Shown in pieces: positions 26,831 to 42,208 of a stretch of 64,000 nt of DNA. The notes beneath the pieces are model-generated. The model did not search any database, was not told the DNA's origin, and saw only the letters and a list, made by a program, of their open reading frames with translations. A program made the position numbers and the translations under genes. Numbering within the stretch: the first letter of the stretch is position 1; the number at the start of each line of letters is the position of its first letter. The stretch is from positions 930,001-994,000 of the forward strand of contig OZ024765.1 of assembly GCA_964016885.1 (NCBI GenBank), read 5' to 3'. Source of the DNA: Eledone cirrhosa (taxonomy: Eukaryota).

Positions 26831-27211
26831 ATAAAATGATTTGAACATAACTTTGATATTTGTGTAATTTATATTCCTGTTCTGTGAAACACCTAATGTT
26901 CTTACATTGAGCTATTTCTCTTATTGGTAATAAGGTACTAATAAATGACTGCCATTGCCTGTTTATAGCTGTTTATAGTATAGACATAACTATAAATATT
27001 ATTATTATTATTACATAAATAAATAAAGAAAGAAAGAAAGAAATCATTATTATTATTACATATACACACACACATATATATATATATATACACACACATA
27101 TATATACAGTTTAATCAGCCACCTAAATGACATGACAAGTCACCTCATATATATATATGTGTGTATATATATATATGAATGTGTGTATATATATATATAT
27201 ATGAATGTGTG

Positions 27212-27246
<35 letters not shown>

Positions 27247-27398
27247 ATGTATATATATGAGTGCGTGTGTATATATATATATAGGTAAAGAGATATTTAA
27301 TTTGTTGGTTATTCAACAAATTTATTTATAACAGATTCAAAGCACTCTACAGATTTCTTCTGGAGTATAATATCAATCTATCTTTATAAAACTATATT

Positions 27399-27459
27399 TA
27401 TTTTATTATATATATTTCAAGGATACCAAAATTTTGGTACGCTCTCATCAGATAAAATA
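27399..27459 (-). ncRNA. Type I hammerhead ribozyme, intact core
   Basis: tattttat-CTGATGA-gagcgtaccaa aatt ttggtatcctt-GAAA-tatata-TA-ataaaata. It lies in a repeat (27285-27610) with relatives at 53275-53550 and 59780-59980. Confidence 0.85.
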
Positions 27460-27719
27460 CAAAAATTGTTTTATAAAATGAACTTAAAACGATAAGTTCT
27501 TGTTTTTTGGATATGTCAATATTTATAAAACAATTTTGGTACCCTTGAAATATATATAAAATAAATATGGTTTTATAAAGATAGTTTCCATTTATTAATA
27601 TCATTGATATATATATAGGTATATATGTGTGTATTATATATATATATAAGTACATATGTATGTATATATATATCTATGTGCATACATGTATATATATGTA
27701 TATGTGTGTGTATGTAGAT

Positions 27720-27992
27720 ATATATGGGTTAGACGAGTTGTCCTGTTGTCAGACAATTCAGATCACATGACCATGCCTTGCTTACACAGAACTCTGTGTG
27801 TGTGTGTGGCTACTTTTTGTCATGTCACCTACATGACCACTTTACAGTGTGGACTGGGTGCTTTTTGTCATGTCACCTACATGACCATTTTACAGTGTGG
27901 ACTGGGTGCTTTTTGTCATGTCACCTACACAACCACCTTACAGTGTGGACTGGGTGCTTTTTGTCATGTCACCTACACAATCACTTTACAGT
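27720..27992 (-). mobile_element. SINE B remnant with an internal tandem repeat of about 49 bp
   Basis: ctttttgtcatgtcacctacatgaccactttacagtgtggactgggtg repeated about 3.5 times. Confidence 0.7.
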
Positions 27993-28059
27993 ACAGCCAT
28001 ATGCATTTGTATATAAATATATATATATATGTGTGTGCTTGTAGTATATATACACACTA

Positions 28060-28109
<50 letters not shown>

Positions 28110-28463
28110 ATACACACATGCAGGTGTACTAGTTCTCCAACAGCAACACATGGCTTTGATTTTCAAAATTAATATTTGCTTTGCAAAAGTTTTTTTTAAA
28201 TCCAGCTCCACCCCCACCTCCACCACCACCATTCACCAGCACCACCCTCTTGATTTCAGTCTCTCCGCCCCTCCCCCCCTCCCTCACCATCAGCCCCATG
28301 ATATTTTAAAATTGTTTTGTTTTTATTTATATATATTATTTTGTTTTATTTTATTGATAAAGTTTTGTATTATGTATATATATATATGTGTGTGTTTATA
28401 TATATATACATATATATATATATCCATACATACATGCATATACATACTTACAAACACACACAC

Positions 28464-28500
<37 letters not shown>

Positions 28501-28608
28501 TTTTTCTTGGCAACATGTGGTCAGCTTGTTTTTTTTCTTTTTTTTTAGTTTAATTTTTAATTATATAATTATTTTAATTTATATATTTATATATTTTTGA
28601 CAACACAC

Positions 28609-29790
28609 TGCCCCTCTGAGACTCTGTCAAGAGATGGGCTCTGACAGGTTTTTAAAATACCCTAGAAATGCTGTATGACAACAAGGTGCCCCTCTGAGAC
28701 TCTGTCAAGAGATGGGCTCTGACAGGTTTTTAAAATACCCTAGAAATGCTGTATGACAACAAGGTGCCCCTCTGAGACTCTGTCAAGAGATGGGCTCTGA
28801 CAGGTTTTTAAAATACCCTAGAAATGCTGTATGACAACAAGGTGCCCCTCTGAGACTCTGTCAAGAGATGGGCTCTGACAGGTTTTTAAAATACCCTAGA
28901 AATGCCGTATGACAATAAGGTGCCCCTATCAGACTCCCTCAAGAGATGGGCTCTGACAGGTTTTTAAAATACCCTAGAAATGCTGTATGACAACAAGGTG
29001 CCCCTATCAGACTCCCTCAAGATATGGGCTCTGACAGGTTTTTAAAATACCCTAGAAATGCCGTATGACAATAAGGTGCCCCTATCAGACTCCCTCAAGA
29101 GATGGGCTCTGACAGGTTTTTAAAATACCCTAGAAATGCTGTATGACAACAAGGTGCCCCTATCAGACTCCCTCAAGATATGGGCTCTGACAGGTTTTTA
29201 AAATACCCTAGAAATGCCGTATGACAATAAGGTGCCCCTATCAGACTCCCTCAAGAGATGGGCTCTGACAGGTTTTTAAAATACCCTAGAAATGCTGTAT
29301 GACAACAAGGTGCCCCTATCAGACTCCCTCAAGATATGGGCTCTGACAGGTTTTTAAAATACCCTAGAAATGCCGTATGACAACAAGGTGCCTCTATCAG
29401 ACTCCCTCAAGATATGGGCTCTGACAGGTTTTTAAAATACCCTAGAAATGCTGTATGACAACAAGGTGCCCCTATCAGACTCCCTCAAGATATGGGCTCT
29501 GACAGGTTTTTAAAATACCCTAGAAATGCCGTATGACAACAAGGTGCCTCTATCAGACTCCCTCAAGATATGGGCTCTGACAGGTTTTTAAAATACCCTA
29601 GAAATGCTGTATGACAACAAGGTGCCCCTATCAGACTCCCTCAAGATATGGGCTCTGACAGGTTTTTAAAATACCCTAGAAATGCTGTATGACAACAAGG
29701 TGCCTCTATCAGACTCCCTCAAGATATGGGCTCTGACAGGTTTTTAAAATACCCTAGAAATGCTGTATGACAACAAGATGCCCCTGTGAA
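28609..29790. repeat. 78-bp minisatellite, about 15 copies
   Basis: Unit tgcccctctgagactctgtcaagagatgggctctgacaggtttttaaaataccctagaaatgctgtatgacaacaagg, with starts at 28609 and 28687. Confidence 0.97.
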
Positions 29791-29991
29791 ACTCCTGCAG
29801 GATTTACAGGAATAAATAGGAATGAAAACGAATATATTTGTTTTATTTAAAGTTGTTTAAAGTGGTGAATTGACCGAGTTTTGTGAGATTTAGGATTAAA
29901 TATCACTGCAATGATGTTTGTTCCTGCTTGATGTGCACTGGGCTTAAAATCCCACAGAGATCAGCTCTGCCTTTCATCCTTGCAAGGCGGT

Positions 29992-30077
<86 letters not shown>

Positions 30078-30309
30078 GGTTGTGTTTGTCTGTGTATGTA
30101 TACATATTTATGTATTTATATGTGTGTATATATATATTTTATATATATATATATATATGCATATATATATATAATTATTATTATTACAGTTTAAGCAAAT
30201 AACCGGTGCTTTTACCCTTTTATAGGATCTTCTGAAACTTATATATATATTTATATATATATATATATACACATATATATAAACATATATATATATATAT
30301 ATATTTATT

Positions 30310-30963
<654 letters not shown>

Positions 30964-31016
30964 TATATACATATATATATACATATATATATACATATAT
31001 ATATACATATATATAC

Positions 31017-31054
<38 letters not shown>

Positions 31055-31587
31055 ATACATATATATATATATGTACATATATATATATATATGTACATAT
31101 ATATATATATATATGTACATATATATATATATGTATATATATATATGTACATATATATATATATGTATATATATATATATGTACATATATATATTTATAT
31201 ATATATATGTGTATGTTTGTGTTTGTATGTTTGTGTGTTTGTGTGCATATGTATGTGTGTGTGTGTGTGCGCGCATAAGTTTCTTTGTATTTGTGTGTGT
31301 GTATATGTATATATCTTTGTGTACATGTGTGTGTATATGTATATATGTGTGTGTGTGTGTGTGTTTTTGAACATGTGTGTGTGTATATATACATGTGTGT
31401 GTGCATGCGTAAGTTTGTGTGTATGTGTGTGTGTGGAGCGTTGAACAATGTAGAAAGTTATCTAGATGTAATCAGAAGTGGTGTGAGTCATGGCTGGAAA
31501 GGTGGGAGATGAGACAAAGAGGAAGGAAGGAGATACTAACACTAAGTTGACTCTCCTCATTAGTATCTCTGTTGGACTGGGATTGTA

Positions 31588-32122
31588 TTACCACCATCAC
31601 CACCACCACCACCACCACCATCACCACCATCACCACCACCACCACCACCACCACCACCACCACCACCACCACCACCACTATCACCACCACCACCATCACC
31701 ACCACCACCACCATCATCACCACCACCACCACCACCACCATCATCATCACCACCATCATCATCACCATCACCACCACCACCACCACCACCACCACCACCA
31801 CCACCACCACCACCACCACCATCATCATCACCACCACTACCACCATCACCACCACCACCACCATCACCATCATCACCATCACCACCACCACCACTATCAC
31901 CATCACCACCACCACCACTATCACCACCACCACCACCACCACCACCACCACTATCACCATCACCACCACCACCACTATCACCATCACCACCACCACCACC
32001 ACTATCACCACCACTACCACCATCACCACCACCATCATCACCATCACCATCATCACCACCACCATCATCACCACCACCATCATTATCACCACCATCATCA
32101 TCATCACCACCACCACCACCAT
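31588..32122. repeat. (CAC/CAT)n trinucleotide repeat
   Basis: Source of the poly-H, poly-T and poly-V ORFs. Confidence 0.95.
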
Positions 32123-32822
32123 TAGCATCATTACCAATCGCAGTGTTACGACCTCATCAGACAGCTGTTAATTGAACAGCCGTGTCAGCAGCAAGGAGCA
32201 TGTGGGTGTGTGTATAGGTGATTTTTATGTATATGTGTGTGTGTGTGTGCGTGTGTGTCTGTGAAGTATTTGTTCAATGTGTGTGTGTGTGTACATGTGA
32301 GTGTGTGTGTATGTGGCACTTTTTCTGTAGTTTCTATGTGTGTGTGTGCGTGTGTGTTGAATGACTGGGTGTGTGTGTCTACATGTAGATGTGCATGGGT
32401 GATTCTTTTTATGTGTGTGCACTTATGTGTGTGTATATGTATGTGTGTACGTATGTGTGTATGTATGTGTGTGTATGTGTGTTTGTCTGTGTGTGTCTAC
32501 ATATGGATGTGCCTAGATGATTCTCTTTATATATGTGTGTACATCTGTATGTATATGGGATAACTCTGATATAAAACCTGCGGCTCAGTAGTTACCGATG
32601 ATGTTGATCTTTTCTTCTTTTCGGGTTATAGCTACTGTCTCTCAGAGAGTGGGATTGGCTCAGTGCACAGTCTTTCTTCACTTTAAAAATATCTTCACGC
32701 ACAGGCATTAATAATTACTAATAATGGTATATCGTGCAATGGCCATACTCGATAATGAGGGGGCAGCCATCATCAAATGTATATGTATGTACATGTATGT
32801 TATGTGTGTGTATGTGTATATA

Positions 32823-33169
32823 TCATCATCATCATCATCATTTATTTTACGTCCACTTTTCCCTGCTTGCAAGGGTGGGACGGGATCTGATTCTGGCTTG
32901 ATTTCTACAGCTGGATGCCCTTCCGAACACCAATCTCATTTTTACAGTGAGTGCTGGGTGCTTTTTTGCCGTGGCACCTCCACGACCACTTTGCAGTGGA
33001 ATGATAGGGACCCCAGTCCCTATCATCTCATTTCTACAGCTGAGTAAACTGGAGCTATGTGAAATAAAGTGTCTTGCTCAAGGAAACAACACATCACCCG
33101 GTCTGAGAATTGAACTCACAACCTTTCAATTGCAAGGCCAATGCTCTAACCACTAAGCCATGTGCCTCC
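32823..33169 (-). mobile_element. SINE family B, full length, young subfamily
   Basis: Nearly identical to 41685-42036 (-) and 62901-63154 (+). It contains the internal hairpin atgatagggac ccca gtccctatcat. Confidence 0.9.
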
Positions 33170-33176
33170 ATATATG

Positions 33177-33222
<46 letters not shown>

Positions 33223-34499
33223 CAAACACCCACTTAAGGCAATGTGTGTACAAAGAACAAAATATATTTTCCTTTGTTCATTTTCTTGATTTAATCTTCT
33301 ACTTCTTCTTCTTCTTTTTCTTCCTCCTCCTTCTCCTCCTCTTCTTCAACCTTGTCTATTTCCTTAAGCTAGTGAAACATAAGGACCTACTTAAAGACTT
33401 ACACACTTATACATATATACACACCTATATATATATATACACACACATATATATATATACACACATGCATACACACACACACATACATATACACACACAT
33501 ACATATGCACACACATGCATATACACATACATGCACACACTACGCACACACATATACAGGGCTTTCCTGATCATTTCCTTCAAATGAAACAGTTCTAGTC
33601 CTGTAGAAGACATTTTTATATTAAATTGTGTTGTATACACTCTACAAATGTATTGAGTACCTTACTGTGGTTAGGGTTAGGGTTCATTCTCCACACACCA
33701 ACACAACAAATAGACCCACCACCATCACCACCATCACCACCATCAACCTTCCAAAACTTCCTGTATGCTTCCTTGAACAAAAATAGGAAGCACATATCAC
33801 CCACCACCACCCACCTTCACCCCCTTGTGATAAGCGCTTGCCTACCTCTCCACCACCATCACAACAACCACCATCACCACACCACCATCACACCACCATC
33901 ACACTACCATTATCACAACCACCACACCACAACAACCACCATCACAACAACCACCACCACCACCATCACACTACCATTATCACAACCACCACACTACAAC
34001 AACCACCATCACAACCACCACCACCACACCACCACCATCACACTACCATTATCACAACCACCACACCACAACAACCACCATCACAACAACAACCACCACC
34101 ACCATACCACCACCATCACACTACCATTATCACAACCACCACACCACAACAACCACCATCACAACAACCACCACCATACCACCACCATCATAACAACAAC
34201 CACACCACTACCAGCACACCACAACAACCACCACCACCATACCACCACCATCACAACAACAACTACACCACTACCACCACACCACCACTACCACCACACC
34301 ACCGCCATCACAACAACAACCCCTGCTATGACTAGAACAATTTATATAACACCCTCACCACCAACCCACCCCACCACCACCCCACCACTCACGACCCCAC
34401 CCCAACACCACCAACACCTTAATATTGTACACTTTACAACGAAATTGATTTCACAGGGAAGAAGAATGAGAAGACTAAAACAACAACAACAACAATAAC

Positions 34500-34543
<44 letters not shown>

Positions 34544-34681
34544 GAAGAGGAAGAAGAAAAATGAAATTAAAAAAATATGAAATAATTTTAAAAGAAAAAA
34601 CCTAAAAAGTTTAATTTTTACACAAAAATCTATAATTTTTCACTTTTAAGAATATCGTCTCGGTTCAGATAACAGAACACT

Positions 34682-35220
34682 TGTTACTTCCACCTATACT
34701 GTTACTACTACTGCCACTTATACTGTTACTGCTACTACTACTGCCACCTATACTGTTACTACTACTACTACTGCCACCTATACTGTTACTACTACTACTA
34801 CTGCCACCTATACTGTTACTACTACTGCTGCCTATACTGTTATTACTGCTGTTATTACCACCTATACTGTTACTGCTACTACCACCTATACTGTTACTGT
34901 TACTGTTACTACCACCTATACTGTTACTACTACTATTACTACCACCTATACTGTTACTGTTACTACCACCTATACTGTTACTGCTACTATTACTACCACC
35001 TATACTGTTACTGCTACTATTACTACCACCTATACTGCTACTGCTACTACTACTGCCGCCTATACTGTTACTGCTACTATTACTACCACCTATACTGTTA
35101 CTGCTACTATTACTACCACCTATACTGTTACTGCTACTACTACTGCCGCCTATACTGTTACTGCTACTATTACTACCACCTATACTGTTACTGCTACTAC
35201 TACTGCCGCCTATACAGTTA
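34682..35220. repeat. About 30-bp minisatellite built from CTA/CTG triplets
   Basis: ccacctatactgttactgctactattacta repeats; source of the PPILLLLLLL ORF. Confidence 0.9.
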
Positions 35221-35353
35221 TTGTCGCACCAACGTGAGGTATATGATTTTTAATGCGATGAAATACCAATGATCGTTGGCAAATCACTGATGAGGGACTC
35301 ATTTTATAACATGTAATCCATGTGCAACCATGCAGTATTCTTCTCCCCATATT

Positions 35354-35401
<48 letters not shown>

Positions 35402-35431
35402 AGAACAAAAGATGGTTAAAAGAGTTCCATG

Positions 35432-35502
35432 TATTTTATTATGCGCATTTCAAAAACAAATATCATCATGCAATAATATTTGTGTTTTCATCAGATAAAA
35501 CA
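35432..35502 (-). ncRNA. Type I hammerhead ribozyme, intact core
   Basis: tgttttat-CTGATGA-aaacacaaatattatt gcat gatgatatttgttttt-GAAA-tgcgca-TA-ataaaata. Confidence 0.88.
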
Positions 35503-35663
35503 GGAAGACATGATATGAAGATTAAAAAACACTTGTGGATAGTGCAGTTTTAAATCAACATATTTGTTCTTATATATTATATATACTCCAGTCCTACAAA
35601 CTGTAGAGTGCTTCTTATCCGATATCTGCATTGCTTTATTGTACTACAATAAAACTCACCTCC

Positions 35664-35718
<55 letters not shown>

Positions 35719-36151
35719 CTTTTTGCACTGATAAGTTTGCAAAAGTGTAACCAAGCAAAAGTACATGTAGATGTAATGTGAAGTGGATAATACATGGGTG
35801 AGTATGGGGTGGTGGTGAGGGGGGTGAGTGGGGGTGAGATGGGTCTGGGGAGGGGGGGTACTGGTGGAGGAAGGAGATGGGATGGTGGTGGTGTTGGTGT
35901 GTGAGGTATGTAGCTTGGATAATAAATCTGTGGTATGTGGAGGGTGGGGTGGGATGTTGGTGGTGTGTGAGGTGGGGTGGGATGTTGGGGGGATGTCGGT
36001 GGTGTGTGAGTGCGGGGGGGGGGGATAGGTGGGATGGACATGTCTTAAAAAAACAGGAAGTCAAATCAGGAATAAAGGCCAGAAAGCCCTTAAATTTCCC
36101 ATAAAACTTGTCTAATCAGCATTATAGAAGGAAGAACTCATATATTTATTG

Positions 36152-36370
<219 letters not shown>

Positions 36371-36387
36371 CATATATATGTATATAC

Positions 36388-36458
<71 letters not shown>

Positions 36459-36636
36459 CATATATATATGTATATATATATATATATATACATATATATA
36501 TGTATATATATATATATATATACATATATATATGTATATACATATATATACATATATATATGTATATACATATATATACATATATATATGTATATACATA
36601 TATATACATATATATATGTATATACATATATATACA

Positions 36637-36798
<162 letters not shown>

Positions 36799-36983
36799 CA
36801 TATATATATGTATATACATATATATATATATATATGTATATACATATATATATGTATATACATAAATATATGTATATATATATGTATATATAAGTTGAAA
36901 AAAAATGAAAACGAAATTTCATTTCTCACTCTTAGTATGGCTAAACTGATGCGTGCATATATGTATGTGTACCTGTATGCATA

Positions 36984-37047
<64 letters not shown>

Positions 37048-37158
37048 TGCTACTGTACGTCTGTATACATATATGTATGTACGTATACATACATACTTAC
37101 ATTTATGTATATATATATATATGTATATACATAAATATATGTATATATATGTATATAC

Positions 37159-37192
<34 letters not shown>

Positions 37193-37359
37193 GTATATAC
37201 ATATATATATATGTATATACATATATATATATATACATGTATATACATATATATATATATACATGTATATACATATATATATATGTATATACATTTTCAT
37301 ATGTTGATTTAAAACTGCACTATCAACAAGTGTTTTTTAGCCTTCATATCATGTTCTCC

Positions 37360-37430
37360 TGTTTTATCTGATGAAAACACAAATATTATTGCTTGATGAT
37401 GTTTGTTTTTGAAATGCGCATAATAAAATA
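37360..37430 (+). ncRNA. Type I hammerhead ribozyme, intact core (same family as 35432)
   Basis: tgttttat-CTGATGA-aaacacaaatattatt gctt gatgatgtttgttttt-GAAA-tgcgca-TA-ataaaata, within the repeat 37300-37556. Confidence 0.88.
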
Positions 37431-37757
37431 TATGGAACTCCTTTAACCATCTTTTGATCTTATATTATGCATACTCCAGTCCCACAAACTGTAGAGTGCT
37501 TCTTATCCGATATCTGCATTGCTTTATTGTACTACAATAAAACTCACCTCCTACATTATATATATACATATATATATATATATATGTATATACATATATA
37601 TATATACATATATATATATACATATATATATGTATATACATATATATATATATACATATATATATATACATATGTATATATACATATATATATATATACA
37701 TATATAAATATACATATATATATATACATATGTATATATACATATATATATATATAC

Positions 37758-37790
<33 letters not shown>

Positions 37791-37821
37791 CATATGTATA
37801 TATACATATATATATATATAC

Positions 37822-37852
<31 letters not shown>

Positions 37853-37883
37853 CATATGTATATATACATATATATATATATAC

Positions 37884-37915
<32 letters not shown>

Positions 37916-38023
37916 GTATATATGATGATGATGATGATGATGATATATATACGTATATATCTATATATGTGTGTGTGTGTATATATGTATATATATATAT
38001 AAAAATATATATATATATATGTG

Positions 38024-38058
<35 letters not shown>

Positions 38059-38122
38059 GTGTGTGTGTGTATATATATATATAAAAATATATATATATAT
38101 GTGTATATATATATATATATAT

Positions 38123-38172
<50 letters not shown>

Positions 38173-38563
38173 GTGTGTGTATAAATACATATACAGACAT
38201 ATACATACACACACACATATATATATTCACACACAAAGACATATATATATACACATATATATACATACACATATATATATATATATAAACACACACACAC
38301 GCATTTCTCCTCCAATTTAATGTTCATTAATGTTTCATAGTTATCAGGGTTCACAATATGCCTTCATTAACAGAGCTCGTTATGCCTTCCTACTCATTAT
38401 ATACACAGGCATACTTATATAAGTACATATATTTGTGTGGATATAGTGTAACTATATTTCATCATCATTGTTTAACAGATGTGTGTGTATATATATTTGT
38501 GTGAGTGAGTGTGTGTGTATACATATATATATATATGTGTGTGTGTGTGTATATATATATATA

Positions 38564-38670
<107 letters not shown>

Positions 38671-38683
38671 ATATATATATATA

Positions 38684-38798
<115 letters not shown>

Positions 38799-39051
38799 GT
38801 ATGTGTGTGTATGTATATATATATGTGTGTGTGTATATATATGTGTCTGTGTGTGTATATATATGTGTGTGTGTGTGAGTGTATATATATATATATATGT
38901 GTGTGTATATATATATATTTAATATACATCAGGAAATCCCTTCAAATGAAACAGTTCTAGTCCTGTAGAAGCGATTTCTATATTAAATATTTATACTCTG
39001 CTATGTATTGAGTACCTTACTTACTGTGGTTACCCCGATTGAACCCAGGAT

Positions 39052-41024
39052 ATATATAGAGTAATGTAAATGTTGTGTGAGATATTATGTGAGGTAAAGT
39101 CTTTACTGTGAAAATACAATAGTATATATAGAGTAATGTAAATGTTATGTGAGATATTATGTGAGGTAAAGTCTTTACTGTGAAAATACAATAGTATATA
39201 TAGAGTAATGTAAATGTTGTGTGAGATATTATGTGAGGTAAAGTCTTTACTGTGAAAATACAATAGTATATATAGAGTAATGTAAATGTTATGTGAGATA
39301 TTATGTGAGGTAAAGCCTTTACTGTGAAAATACAATAGTATATATAGAGTAATGTAAATGTTATGTGAGATATTATGTGAGGTAAAGTCTTTACTGTGAA
39401 AATACAATAGTATATATAGAGTAATGTAAATGTTATGTGAGATATTATGTGAGGTAAAGCCTTTACTGTGAAAATACAATAGTATATATAGAGTAATGTA
39501 AATGTTATGTGAGATGTTATGTGAGGTAAAGTCTTTACTGTGAAAATACAATAGTATATATAGGGTAATGTAAATGTTATGTGAGATATTATGTGAGGTA
39601 AAGTCTTTACTGTGAAAATACAATAGTATATATAGAGTAATGTAAATGTTATGTGAGATATTATGTGAGGTAAAGCCTTTACTGTGAAAATACAATAGTA
39701 TATATAGAGTAATGTAAATGTTATGTGAGATATTATGTGAGGTAAAGTCTTTACTGTGAAAATACAATAGTATATATAGGGTAATGTAAATGTTATGTGA
39801 GATATTATGTGAGGTAAAGTCTTTACTGTGAAAATACAATAGTATATATAGAGTAATGTAAATGTTATGTGAGATATTATGTGAGGTAAAGCCTTTACTG
39901 TGAAAATACAATAGTATATATAGAGTAATGTAAATGTTATGTGAGATATTATGTGAGGTAAAGTCTTTACTGTGAAAATACAATAGTATATATAGGGTAA
40001 TGTAAATGTTATGTGAGATATTATGTGAGGTAAAGTCTTTACTGTGAAAATACAATAGTATATATAGAGTAATGTAAATGTTATGTGAGATATTATGTGA
40101 GGTAAAGCCTTTACTGTGAAAATACAATAGTATATATAGAGTAATGTAAATGTTATGTGAGATATTATGTGAGGTAAAGCCTTTACTGTGAAAATACAAT
40201 AGTATATATAGAGTAATGTAAATGTTATGTGAGATATTATGTGAGGTAAAGTCTTTACTGTGAAAATACAATAGTATATATAGAGTAATGTAAATGTTAT
40301 GTGAGATATTATGTGAGGTAAAGTCTTTACTGTGAAAATACAATAGTATATATAGGGTAATGTAAATGTTATGTGAGATATTATGTGAGGTAAAGTCTTT
40401 ACTGTGAAAATACAATAGTATATATAGAGTAATGTAAATGTTATGTGAGATATTATGTGAGGTAAAGCCTTTACTGTGAAAATACAATAGTATATATAGA
40501 GTAATGTAAATGTTATGTGAGATATTATGTGAGGTAAAGTCTTTACTGTGAAAATACAATAGTATATATAGAGTAATGTAAATGTTATGTGAGATATTAT
40601 GTGAGGTAAAGTCTTTACTGTGAAAATACAATAGTATATATAGGGTAATGTAAATGTTATGTGAGATATTATGTGAGGTAAAGTCTTTACTGTGAAAATA
40701 CAATAGTATATATAGAGTAATGTAAATGTTATGTGAGATATTATGTGAGGTAAAGCCTTTACTGTGAAAATACAATAGTATATATAGAGTAATGTAAATG
40801 TTATGTGAGATATTATGTGAGGTAAAGTCTTTACTGTGAAAATACAATAGTATATATAGGGTAATGTAAATGTTATGTGAGATATTATGTGAGGTAAAGT
40901 CTTTACTGTGAAAATACAATAGTATATATAGAGTAATGTAAATGTTATGTGAGATATTATGTGAGGTAAAGCCTTTACTGTGAAAATACAATAGTATATA
41001 TAGGGTAATGTAAAAACTAAATGG
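39052..41024 (-). repeat. 78-bp satellite (about 25 copies) anchored at a piggyBac-type MITE end
   Basis: Same unit as 21450-22170 in the opposite orientation. It ends in ...ctaaatgg|TTAA at 41024-41028. Confidence 0.95.
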
Positions 41025-41684
41025 TTAAAATATATAATATTGAGTAACTCATTGATAGAGATATCGTCCCTGAGTCCTTTGTTAGTAACAGGTTACATGA
41101 TGTAGTTCTGGTATGTACAGAGCTTTTGGGTTGGGCAGCTTTCAACAGGAACAAAGTAGTGTAATATCAAAACCAGTTTCTTATCATTGAAAGCTAAAGT
41201 CTTTGACACTTACATGTTGCTAGATGTGATATGACCTTGTTGGGTTAACTGGAGCACTCAATATATTAGTAGAGTGTAAACATCAAGTTTAATATAGAAA
41301 TTGCTTCTACAGGACTAGAACTGTTTCGTTTCAAAGAAATCATGAGGCTTTCCTGATGATTTCTTTTGAATGAAACAGTTCTCTCTATATATATATCATC
41401 ATCATCATTGTAGAATAACGTCTATCTTCCACTCTAGCATGGGTTAGACGGCAATTGTGCCATTTGAGGCAAGATTGGTCAGGTGACCGTGTCTCGCTCG
41501 TATAGGACTATCTATATACAAACACATATATATACAAACACACACATATATATATATATATATACACTATACTATACTATATATATGATGAAGGACCATG
41601 ACAAGTGGAAAGATGCTGTGCTGAATAGGACCTGTCCCACCCTTGCAAGCAGGGAAAAGCGGACATAAAATGATGATGATGATA

Positions 41685-42036
41685 TCATCATCATCATCAT
41701 CATCATCATCATTTTATGTCCGCTTTTTCCCTGCTTGCAAGGGTGGGACGGGAACTGATTCTGGCTTGATTTCTACAGCTGGATGCCCTTCCTAACACCA
41801 ACCTCATTTACAGTGAGTGCTGGGTGCTTTTTTTGCCGTGGCACCTCCACAACCACTTTGCAGTGGAATGATAGGGACCCCAGTCCCTATCATCTCATTT
41901 CTACAGCTGAGTAAACTGGAGCAATGTGAAATAAAGTGTCTTGCTCAAGGAAACAACACATCACCCGGTCTGAGAATTGAACTCACAACCTTTCAATTGC
42001 AAAGCCAATGCTCTAACCACTAAGCCATGTGCCTCC
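41685..42036 (-). mobile_element. SINE family B, full length
   Basis: Complete head-to-tail copy, lying tail-to-tail with an RTE 3' end at 41587-41683. Confidence 0.9.
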
Positions 42037-42208
42037 ATATAGATGTAATAAGAACAAAATGGTGCTACAGTCAGGATTTATTGATTAGTCAGATTTACTG
42101 AACCTTCTGCCCCTGTATAAAGTGTTAAGATCACTTTACAGTGGATTGGGCACTTTTTGGCCCGAAACCAACATGACAGCTTTACTGTGTGGGTATCATT
42201 ATGTGTGT

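Larger units (their letters stand above)
23104..27000 (-). mobile_element. Penelope-like retroelement (Naiad-like), 5'-truncated, with inverted pseudo-LTR
   Basis: RT and GIY-YIG remnants on the minus strand. 23104-23650 is the reverse complement of 26407-26873, and both arms carry a hammerhead. Confidence 0.9.

Noticed and set aside
28609-29790. CRISPR-like array
   Set aside because: Units are contiguous and near-identical with no unique spacers, there are no cas genes, and the context is eukaryotic.
31472-35253. Poly-His, poly-Thr, mucin-like and PPILLL ORFs
   Set aside because: They are trinucleotide and minisatellite expansions with no complex coding sequence or splice support.
39030-40991. 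653-aa ORF as a repeat protein gene
   Set aside because: It is a 78-bp satellite inside a MITE. The same unit occurs in the opposite orientation elsewhere and there is no gene context.
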